Part shown: piece after piece, positions 9,373-15,854 of the stretch
Layout: each line of letters starts with the position of its first letter
Position numbering within the stretch: the stretch's first letter is position 1
NCBI GenBank assembly: GCA_964649705.1
Contig: CAZYRM010000110.1
Location: 1 to 21,703, forward strand
Direction of reading: 5' to 3'
From: an uncultured Planctomycetia bacterium
GTDB lineage: Bacteria; Planctomycetota; MHYJ01; WSZJ01; CAZYRM01
Length of the DNA stretch: 21,703 nt
Position numbers and translations under genes: made by a program
The notes under the pieces: generated by a model
What the model saw: the letters and a program-made list of their open reading frames with translations, nothing else
What the model was told of the DNA's origin: nothing
Databases searched by the model: none

Positions 9373-9557
9373 CGTCGTCGTGACCGCGCGAGCGGCTGCT
9401 TCGGACTCACCAGGATCCCCGCGCCCCGCGCGTCCGCTTCGGATGCGCTGCGGGGCGGGTGCGCGGATGCGGCGCTCGCAGCTTCGCGCTTGCCACGGCC
9501 GAGCGCCGCATGCTTCCATGTCGGACAGTCCGAGAGGGCGGGGACATGGCTCCTCGC

Positions 9558-9593
9558 GCCGCGTGGAGAGCGTCGAGGAGGGGAGGCGATGAC
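9558..9593 (+). repeat. 36-bp direct repeat, copy B (gccgcgtggagagcGtcgaggaggggaggcgatgac) at the start of the permease gene
   Basis: It differs from copy A by one mismatch. In one frame it encodes the orphan peptide …RVESVEEGRR*, and its ATGA supplies the ATG of the FtsX permease. Confidence 0.85.
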
Positions 9594-10857
9594 GTTGCGG
9601 AGGTGGCTCAGGGACGTCCGGCTCGGCGTGAAGACGCTGCTCCTGCACAAGCTGCGCTCCTTGCTGACGATGCTCGGCGTGGTGTTCGGCGTGGGGAGCG
9701 TGGTGGCGATGCTGGCGGTGGGGGAGGGGGCGAGCCGCGAGGCGCTGGAGCAGATCCGGAAGCTGGGGAGCCACAACGTCATCGTCACGGCAATGAAGCC
9801 GACCGAGGAGTCGACCTCGAGCACTCAGCGCATGCGGATGCTGATCTACGGGCTGACGTACGAGGACGAGGTGAGGGTCAGGGAGGGGTTCGCGTCGGCG
9901 ACGCGGGTCGTTCCGGCGAAGATCATCCGCAAGGAGGCGAGGCTCGGGGAGCGGACGCTGGAGCTCAGGGTGGTGGGGACGACGCCGGAGTGGTTCGAGC
10001 TGGTGCCTCGGCCGCTGCTGGCGGGGCGGATGCTCCTCGCGTCGGACCGCGAGCAGCGGACGAACGTGGCGGTGCTGACGGAGTACGGCGCGCGGAGGCT
10101 GCTGGCGGCCTCGAACACGCTGGGGCAGGTCCTCAGGGTGGGGACGCACGCCTTCGAGGTGGTGGGGATCGTGCGGAGCGAGGGGGGGCAGGGGAGCAGC
10201 GTGCAGACGCCGGACCAGGAGGTGGACGCCTACATCACGATCGACGTGGCGCGGGCGCGGTTCGGCGACGTGTTCACGAGGATGAGCTCGGGGTCGATGG
10301 AGCGGGAGCAGGTGGAGCTGCACCAGCTCATCGTGGAGGCGCGGTCGCTGGACGAGGTGGAGCCGATGGCCGCGGCGCTGCAGGCGATGTTCGACCGGTT
10401 CCACCCGAAGAAGGACGTGCGGATCAGCGTGCCTCTGGCGCTGCTGCGCCAGGCAGAGGCGACGAAGCGGACGTTCAACATCGTGCTGGGCTCCATCGCG
10501 GGGATCAGCCTGCTGGTGGGCGGGATCGGGATCATGAACATCATGCTGGCGAGCGTGACGGAGCGGACCAAGGAGATCGGGATCCGAAGGGCGATCGGGG
10601 CGAAGCGCAGGCAGATCGTGGGTCAGTTCCTGATCGAGACGGTGGTGCTCTCGTCGATCGGCGGTGTGATGGGGGTGGCGCTCGGGATGGCGATCCCGCG
10701 GGTGATCACATACGCGGCGGGGATGCCGACGGTGGTGACGCCGTGGAGCGTGGCGCTCGCGTTCGGCATCTCGGGGGCGGTGGGAGTCGTCTTCGGCCTG
10801 TACCCCGCGGTGCGCGCCGCGCGCCTGGACCCGATCGAGGCCCTGCGCCACGAGTAG
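9589..10857 (+). CDS. ABC transporter permease, FtsX/MacB family, with a large periplasmic domain
   Basis: ATG at 9589 is preceded by GGAGGGGAGG. The translation MTLRRWLRDVRLGVKTLLLHKLRSLLTMLGVVFGVGSVVAMLAVGEG shows the MacB N-terminal TM1. A periplasmic domain of about 200 aa follows, then three C-terminal TM helices with the FtsX motif (IMNIMLASVTERTKEIGIRRAIGAKRRQI…). The track start at 9490 is an upstream extension. Confidence 0.85.
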   Translation: MTLRRWLRDVRLGVKTLLLHKLRSLLTMLGVVFGVGSVVAMLAVGEGASREALEQIRKLGSHNVIVTAMKPTEESTSSTQRMRMLIYGLTYEDEVRVREGFASATRVVPAKIIRKEARLGERTLELRVVGTTPEWFELVPRPLLAGRMLLASDREQRTNVAVLTEYGARRLLAASNTLGQVLRVGTHAFEVVGIVRSEGGQGSSVQTPDQEVDAYITIDVARARFGDVFTRMSSGSMEREQVELHQLIVEARSLDEVEPMAAALQAMFDRFHPKKDVRISVPLALLRQAEATKRTFNIVLGSIAGISLLVGGIGIMNIMLASVTERTKEIGIRRAIGAKRRQIVGQFLIETVVLSSIGGVMGVALGMAIPRVITYAAGMPTVVTPWSVALAFGISGAVGVVFGLYPAVRAARLDPIEALRHE

Positions 10858-10865
10858 GGAGGCCT

Positions 10866-10900
10866 CTCGGGGCCCGCGTCGCAAGGCGGGGGCCCTCGCT
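10866..10900. terminator. Possible bidirectional GC-rich hairpin between the convergent permease and PDZ-protein genes
   Basis: The sequence ggggcccgcgtcgcaaggcgggggccc forms an imperfect stem (ggcccgc / gcgggggcc) with no U-tract. It lies in the 69-bp convergent intergenic gap. Confidence 0.25.
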
Positions 10901-10926
10901 CTTAATGGCTCGCACGGGCGCCTGCG

Positions 10927-12342
10927 CTACTTCTTCCCGAGATCGCCGGCGAGGAGCGGGAGCTTCCCCTTCGGGAGCTGCAGGATGAGGACGTAGCTCG
11001 CCGTGGTCCAGACCGGCCCCATCTCGCGGTCCAGGTTCCTGACGGATCCGAGCCCCGCCGCCGTGGGGTGCGCGCGGAACGCCCCGTCCAGGCATCGCGA
11101 CGAGAGCATCTCCAGGCGGAACACCTCGTTGAACGGCTTCCAGGATGCGCTGCCCAGGTGCGTGCACGCGAGGGCCGACGTCGTGAAGTGCATCACGGGG
11201 GAGATGTGGCTGGTCGGGATCTTGTCGAGCGACCCCTTGAAGAACGAGGACATCTTCGGGAAGAACGGGTGCTTCTGGAGGCCCAGGAGCGAGAACCCCC
11301 ACAGGCACCCCGACGTCCGTCCAGGCTCGCCGTTCCTCTGGCCCGCGCGGTAGCCGATCCCCCCGTCCCCTGGGCTCGCCGAGACCGCGTACGCGACCCC
11401 GCGATCGACCGTCTTCTGCGGGACCTTGAACCCCGCCTTCTTCAACGCCCCGAGCGCGCAGAGGCACCAGTTCCCCGCGATCTGCAGCTCGACGTACTTG
11501 AGCGCGTTCGGCCCGCCCGGCCCGTGCGCCCACCCGCCGCTCGCCTCCTGGCCCCGCTCGATCGCCGCCATGGTCTCCTCGAGCTTCGCCTTCAGCCCGT
11601 CGCTCGGCGCGATCTGGTAGACCTGGCAGAGGAAGATCGCGGTGTAGGCGTACCCCCAGTTCGTCTGGTTCCAGTTCCCCGGCGGGAATCCCGCCAGCTC
11701 CTCGGCCGTCGCCGCCTTGCCGCAGTTCTTCGAGACGAAGTCGACTCCCTTGCGGAGGTTCTCGGCGTACGGCCCCTCCGTCTGCGTGCTCCCTGAGGCG
11801 AGGAGCGCGAGGCAGACGAGGCTGGTCATCACGACTTCGCCGTTCGTGGCGCTGTACCTCGCGTCGTAGCCGCCGTCGCCCCGCTGCTTCGAGGCGATGT
11901 ACTTCAGCGACTCCTCGATCACCTTCTCGCAGCGCGCGCACCCGGTCGGACAGGTCGCGGCATGCGGACCCGGGGAGGGGAGCTCGATCGGGAGGTTCTG
12001 CTTCTTCCCGCCGCGCATGACGAGGAGCGAGAGCTTGGGGTCCTTCTTCGACTGGGCCTTCTCAAGGAGGTCGACGAGCTGGTAGACGAGCAGCGACTTC
12101 GGGTTCGTGAAGGCCTGGGTACCGACGCCCGCGATCACGTCCCCGGGCGCAAGGCCCGCGGCCTTTGCGGGCGCACCCTCCGCGACGGAGGTGACGCGGA
12201 GGCCCCAAGCCCCCCCGGCCAGCCCGTCGCCTCCCTTCTGCGGGAGGCCCTCCGCGCCAAGCGGGCCCAGGTTGAAGGACGGCTCCTCGGCGGCGACGGC
12301 GAGGCAGGAGCAGAGGAGGAGCACGGAGCGCAGGGTTGCCAT
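10927..12342 (-). CDS. Secreted PDZ-domain protein with prenyltransferase/squalene-cyclase-like alpha/alpha-toroid repeats
   Basis: ATG at 12342 has GGAGG 7 nt upstream. A signal peptide MATLRSVLLLCSCLAVAAEE is present. The PDZ region reads GLRVTSVAEGAPAKAAGLAPGDVIAGVG…LLVMRGGKKQNLPIEL. Repeated QxxDGG(W/Y)-type motifs (KQRGDGGYD, QEASGGWAHGPGG, PGDGGIGYRAGQ) are characteristic of prenyltransferase/terpene-cyclase repeats. Stop is TAG at 10927-10929. Confidence 0.7.
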   Translation of the reverse strand: MATLRSVLLLCSCLAVAAEEPSFNLGPLGAEGLPQKGGDGLAGGAWGLRVTSVAEGAPAKAAGLAPGDVIAGVGTQAFTNPKSLLVYQLVDLLEKAQSKKDPKLSLLVMRGGKKQNLPIELPSPGPHAATCPTGCARCEKVIEESLKYIASKQRGDGGYDARYSATNGEVVMTSLVCLALLASGSTQTEGPYAENLRKGVDFVSKNCGKAATAEELAGFPPGNWNQTNWGYAYTAIFLCQVYQIAPSDGLKAKLEETMAAIERGQEASGGWAHGPGGPNALKYVELQIAGNWCLCALGALKKAGFKVPQKTVDRGVAYAVSASPGDGGIGYRAGQRNGEPGRTSGCLWGFSLLGLQKHPFFPKMSSFFKGSLDKIPTSHISPVMHFTTSALACTHLGSASWKPFNEVFRLEMLSSRCLDGAFRAHPTAAGLGSVRNLDREMGPVWTTASYVLILQLPKGKLPLLAGDLGKK

Positions 12343-12357
12343 CGTTTCCTCCGACGA

Positions 12358-13380
12358 TCAGGGTGTCTGGGGAGGACCCGAGGCTACCATGCGTCCCTCC
12401 GCGCCGACCAGCTCCCTCAGGTAGTGCGTGAGGGCGAAGTCCAGCCAGCGCATCCGAGGGACTCCCTTCCCGACGTACCCCATGTGGCCGCCGAAGTCCT
12501 CGAGGTGGAGGTGCACCAGGTCCGACTTCTCCGCCGCCACGTGGTCGCGCCAGTCGATGAAGGGGTCGTCCCTGGCCGCCAGGACCACCGTGGGCCGGTC
12601 GATCTTCGCGAGGTGAGGCATGGCACTGCAACGGGCGTAGTAGTCCTCCCTGTCGCGGAATCCGCCGATCGGGGCGGTGACGAGGTCGTCGAAGCCGCGG
12701 AGCGTCGTCCAGCTCGGGATCCGGTAGCGATCCGGAATCAGCCCCGCCGCCACGCGCTCCCGCACCGCGCGGCGGCAGCGCAGGACGAATCGGAGGTCGT
12801 AGACGCGGTTGAGGCCGCGCTCGAGCAGGCGCGCCCCTTTCTCGAGGTCGATCGGAGGATTCACCGCGATGGCGAGGTCGGGCTTTTCGAACCGTCCGAT
12901 CCCCTCCCCCAGGTTCAGGAGGAGCGCGTTCCCGCTCAGGGAGAATCCCACGGCGACCAAGCGCTTGCCCGGATGGACCGCCCTCGCGTGCGCGAACACG
13001 GCGCCGAGGTCGTCGGCACGCCCGCTGTGGTAGATGCCCGCGGCGAGGCCCGCCCCGTCGCCGCAGCCGCGGTGGTTGAAGCTCCACGCCCCGTGGCCGA
13101 GCTCCTGCGCCACGGCGACGCCGCGGCGCATGTAGTCCGCGTCGTTGTCGCCTCCCAGGCCGTGGAAGAGGCAGACCAGCGTGTCGCCGCCTCCAGGGTA
13201 CTCGCGGCCCGCGAGGCGGTCCCCGTCCGGCAGGGTCAGCTCGATCCGTCGGAAGGCAGGGTTCGGCGGGGGCCCCGGGAGGGAGTTCCCGATCAGCGTC
13301 TGGAGATGGCCTCCCCGCGCCCACCACGGGGGCGTGCACGGAAGAGGGGGCGGAGCCGGGCAGAAGGCACCGCTCAGCAC
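12358..13380 (-). CDS. Alpha/beta hydrolase, YheT/ABHD-type
   Basis: The N-terminal motif PPWWARGGHLQTLIGN is typical of the YheT family. The nucleophile elbow reads VAVGFSLSGNALL. The C-terminal acid and His regions are VLAARDDPF and EDFGGHMGY. Start is chosen as GTG at 13380 (VLSGAF…), about 20 aa before GHLQT. The longest ORF extends to ATG 13527, so the start is uncertain. The stop lies 15 bp upstream of the PDZ gene, in a probable operon. Confidence 0.75.
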   Translation of the reverse strand: MLSGAFCPAPPPLPCTPPWWARGGHLQTLIGNSLPGPPPNPAFRRIELTLPDGDRLAGREYPGGGDTLVCLFHGLGGDNDADYMRRGVAVAQELGHGAWSFNHRGCGDGAGLAAGIYHSGRADDLGAVFAHARAVHPGKRLVAVGFSLSGNALLLNLGEGIGRFEKPDLAIAVNPPIDLEKGARLLERGLNRVYDLRFVLRCRRAVRERVAAGLIPDRYRIPSWTTLRGFDDLVTAPIGGFRDREDYYARCSAMPHLAKIDRPTVVLAARDDPFIDWRDHVAAEKSDLVHLHLEDFGGHMGYVGKGVPRMRWLDFALTHYLRELVGAEGRMVASGPPQTP

Positions 13381-13631
13381 GCCCGTCCGTCCGAGGCGGT
13401 CCGCGGCCGATCCGGTCGTCCCAGGGGGAGATGCCACTCGTGCCTGAACAACGCCGTGTGACTCCACTGCTCGACTTCCCGTCCCAAAGGTTGGGTCGAT
13501 CCTATCGGCAGGAGCCACCCACCGCAACGGCGGGGCGCGTCCCTTCGTTCTTGATCGCCCGCACGTGGGAGCCTATGCTCCGCAACGCTTGCCGCGAGGA
13601 CCGAGTCTCCACTGGCTGCCGCGAGTCGACG

Positions 13632-14156
13632 ATGACCGGGAATCAGGTGAAGGGCCTCCGCATCCGCGCGGCGCGTCCCTCCGACGGGAAGCCGTTCCTG
13701 GCGCTCGTCCTGGCCCTCGCGGAGTTCGAGAAGCTCCGCCCGCCGGACGCTGCCGCCCGGCGGAGGCTGCTCGCGGATGCGTTCGGGAGGCGGCCGCGAT
13801 TCAGGCTCTGGGTCGCCGAGCTCGACCGTCGCGTGGTCGGCTACGCCGTCTTCTACTTCACCTACTCCAGCTTCCTCGCCCGGCCGACGCTCTACCTGGA
13901 GGACCTCTTCGTCCATCCCGATGCCCGAGGGCGCGGGGTCGCGACTGCGGTGATGCAGGCCCTCGCTCGGGAGGCCGTGAAGCAGGGCTGCGGTCGGTTC
14001 GAGTGGACCGTGCTCGATTGGAACGAGCGAGCCATCCGGCTCTACCGCGGGCTCGGGGCGACGCAGATGAAGGAGTGGATCCTGTGTCGGGCCGCCGGCC
14101 ACGCGTTGAGGCGGATGGCGGCGCGAGGTGATCGAGCGGTCCCACGGCCTCGCTGA
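13632..14156 (+). CDS. GNAT-family N-acetyltransferase
   Basis: The translation reads MTGNQVKGLRIRAARPSDG…VVGYAVFYF…LYLEDLFVHPDARGRGVATAVM…RLYRGLGA. It carries GNAT motif A (RGRGVA). An alternative in-frame ATG at 13575 is preceded by GGGAG. Confidence 0.8.
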   Translation: MTGNQVKGLRIRAARPSDGKPFLALVLALAEFEKLRPPDAAARRRLLADAFGRRPRFRLWVAELDRRVVGYAVFYFTYSSFLARPTLYLEDLFVHPDARGRGVATAVMQALAREAVKQGCGRFEWTVLDWNERAIRLYRGLGATQMKEWILCRAAGHALRRMAARGDRAVPRPR

Positions 14157-14202
14157 GGAGGCGTGAAGCCGGGAAGAGCGAGATCGCTTTGCTCGCTGTC
14201 CG

Positions 14203-14237
14203 CTGGGAGGGGCTGCAGGGGTCACGGCCCCTCCCAG
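14203..14237. terminator. Perfect 11-bp inverted repeat hairpin (ctgggaggggc-N13-gcccctcccag) downstream of the GNAT gene and upstream of the toxin-antitoxin operon
   Basis: The stem and 13-nt loop can be read directly from the sequence. There is no U-tract, so it could be an intrinsic-terminator-like structure of a high-GC genome or an operator for the downstream toxin-antitoxin promoter. Confidence 0.35.
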
Positions 14238-14306
14238 GTCGCGCGCGCGTGGATGACCTTGGCGGCTCGCGGCCGCGGCTGTAAGATGCAGGCAAAGGAG
14301 GAGCCC

Positions 14307-14504
14307 ATGAATCCCTGGATCATAGAAGAACGCCGCCTCCTGGTGTGTCCGCCCAGCCAGAGGATTACAGTACGGATCGCGCCTGCCACCCCGACGCCGG
14401 AGTCGCGCCATCCCCTTTGTGGCGCCTGGGCGGATGAGCGCCCCGTAGAGGAGATCATCGAGTCGCTCAGGTCGCTGCGACGCCGCCTCTCGGGAGCTCG
14501 GTGA
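14307..14504 (+). CDS. Putative type II antitoxin (VapB-like partner of the downstream PIN toxin), 65 aa
   Basis: AAGGAGGAG SD sequence lies 5 nt upstream of ATG 14307. It is a small protein (MNPWIIEERRLLV…CGAWADERPVEEIIESLRSLRRR). Its stop is 7 nt before the PIN gene start. The assignment rests mainly on position and size, so it is weakly supported. Confidence 0.5.
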   Translation: MNPWIIEERRLLVCPPSQRITVRIAPATPTPESRHPLCGAWADERPVEEIIESLRSLRRRLSGAR

Positions 14505-14510
14505 ACGCCC

Positions 14511-14921
14511 TTGAAGTACCTCTGGGACACGAACACCCTAATCTACTGGCTGAACGGCGACACCCGCGTCGAGGCCCTCCGCCTGCAACGTGGGTCCGAC
14601 AACATCGGCCTGTGCTGGCCGGTTGTCCTGGAATTGGTCCTGTGCACCAGCCAGTCCACGAACGTCGAGCGCAATATCCGGAACGCTGTGGAGGTCATCG
14701 CTGCGTTCCAGCCTATCCTCGAGTCTGACGGCGCCGTGATGGACCGTTTCTGCGCCTTGCGCGCTCAATTCAAGGCGAAGGCGACCCCGAAGCCCGAGAT
14801 GGACGTGCTAATCGCCGCCCACGCCCTCGTTCACGACCTGACGCTCGTCACCTCCAACGGCGCGGACTTCGAAGGCACCCCAGACCTCCGGATCGAGGAT
14901 TGGAGGTCTAGTTCCCGATGA
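14511..14921 (+). CDS. PIN-domain toxin (VapC-like ribonuclease)
   Basis: A TTG start at 14511 gives (M)KYLWDTNTLIYWL. Conserved acidic residues match a PIN domain (DTN…, VVLELV, LVTSNGADF). Its stop overlaps the ATG of the next gene (ATGA at 14918-14921). Local GC is visibly lower than the surrounding DNA. Confidence 0.75.
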   Translation: MKYLWDTNTLIYWLNGDTRVEALRLQRGSDNIGLCWPVVLELVLCTSQSTNVERNIRNAVEVIAAFQPILESDGAVMDRFCALRAQFKAKATPKPEMDVLIAAHALVHDLTLVTSNGADFEGTPDLRIEDWRSSSR

Positions 14922-15703
14922 CAACGACTTCGCGCGAATACGAGCTCTTCACGCAGATCGTCTACCAGGCGCTGGTGCGCGAGGTCCCCGACACCCGGGT
15001 GGAGCACGACGTCCAACTCTCCGATCCCTCCGGGGTCGAGCACCAGGTGGATGTCTATCTTGAGTTCAAGATCGCCGGACACGTCTACCGGACGATCATC
15101 GAATGCAAGCAGTGGACGCGCATGGTAGACGTGGGACCTGTCACCGACTTCTACGGCCTGATCCAGTCCCTGGGCGTCGAGAAGGGGATCATGGTCTCCA
15201 AGCTGGGCTTCAGCGATCCGGCGAGGGAATTCGCGCACGCCAGGGGGATCGACCTCGTCCAACTTCGGAAGCCTAGCGAGGAGGACTTGGAGAGACGCAT
15301 CAAGAGGATGGTCGTCCGTGTCAGCTTCTACATCCCCGAAATCGCCGACGTTGCCCTCGAACCGGCGACGGCTGCAGTGTCGTCTCGGGATCTAGCCGTG
15401 AACACGGGCGAGGCCAGGATTGTGGATGCGGGGTCGGGGCGGGAGGAGACCTTGCAGTCCGTCCTGCAACGAACCCTGCCCAAGGGTTGGCCAGAGGACT
15501 GGCAGACTGTGACGATTCCTCTCGGCGCTGGAACTGTTCTGGCGGTGGGTGGCGAGCGCATACCCGTCTCCGAGCTGCGGTTCCGTGCGAGGTTTCACCG
15601 GGCCGATGAACAGGTACTCCTCGACGGGGAGGCCATCGTCCGCGCGATCCTGCGCGATGTCTTTACCGGCGAGATCCGCACGGTGCGCCGCGTCGGCGCC
15701 TGA
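14918..15703 (+). CDS. Mrr-like restriction endonuclease-fold protein (PD-(D/E)xK nuclease; N-terminal Mrr_cat domain plus an uncharacterised C-terminal domain of about 120 aa)
   Basis: The translation reads YELFTQIVYQAL…HQVDVYLEF…YRTIIECKQWTRMVDVGPVTDFYGLIQSLGVEKGIMVSKLGFSDPAREFA, with a D…E-C-K catalytic triad arrangement. It is translationally coupled to the PIN gene. Stop is TGA at 15701-15703. Confidence 0.72.
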   Translation: MTTTSREYELFTQIVYQALVREVPDTRVEHDVQLSDPSGVEHQVDVYLEFKIAGHVYRTIIECKQWTRMVDVGPVTDFYGLIQSLGVEKGIMVSKLGFSDPAREFAHARGIDLVQLRKPSEEDLERRIKRMVVRVSFYIPEIADVALEPATAAVSSRDLAVNTGEARIVDAGSGREETLQSVLQRTLPKGWPEDWQTVTIPLGAGTVLAVGGERIPVSELRFRARFHRADEQVLLDGEAIVRAILRDVFTGEIRTVRRVGA

Positions 15704-15854
15704 GATTCGCCGAGGGGGGGGACAGGTCGCAGAAGCGGCGGGAAGAGCAGGCCCAACGGGCTCCGCAGGCGAAGCGGGTCTCCGCTGTCGCGTCAGGGCC
15801 GTTCAGTTGGTCGGGGGCCCGGCGGGAAGGGTCCCGGGAAGGACGGTCGCCGCG

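Noticed and set aside
9489-9520. Possible -35 TTGCCA upstream of the permease gene
   Set aside because: No acceptable -10 element follows at a 16-19-bp spacing, so I cannot support a promoter call.
9380-9592. 70-aa ORF ending …RVESVEEGRR*
   Set aside because: Only its last 11 codons are meaningful, because they are the duplicated ATPase 3' end. The rest is Arg/Ala-rich with no start context. I treat it as a noncoding remnant of the duplication.
9292-10884. 530-aa minus-strand ORF, plus the overlapping 9459..10988 plus-strand ORF
   Set aside because: Both overlap the FtsX permease gene (9589..10857), which has clear TM and FtsX motifs. Both are compositionally degenerate (His/Arg/Pro-rich or Gly/Ala/Arg-rich).
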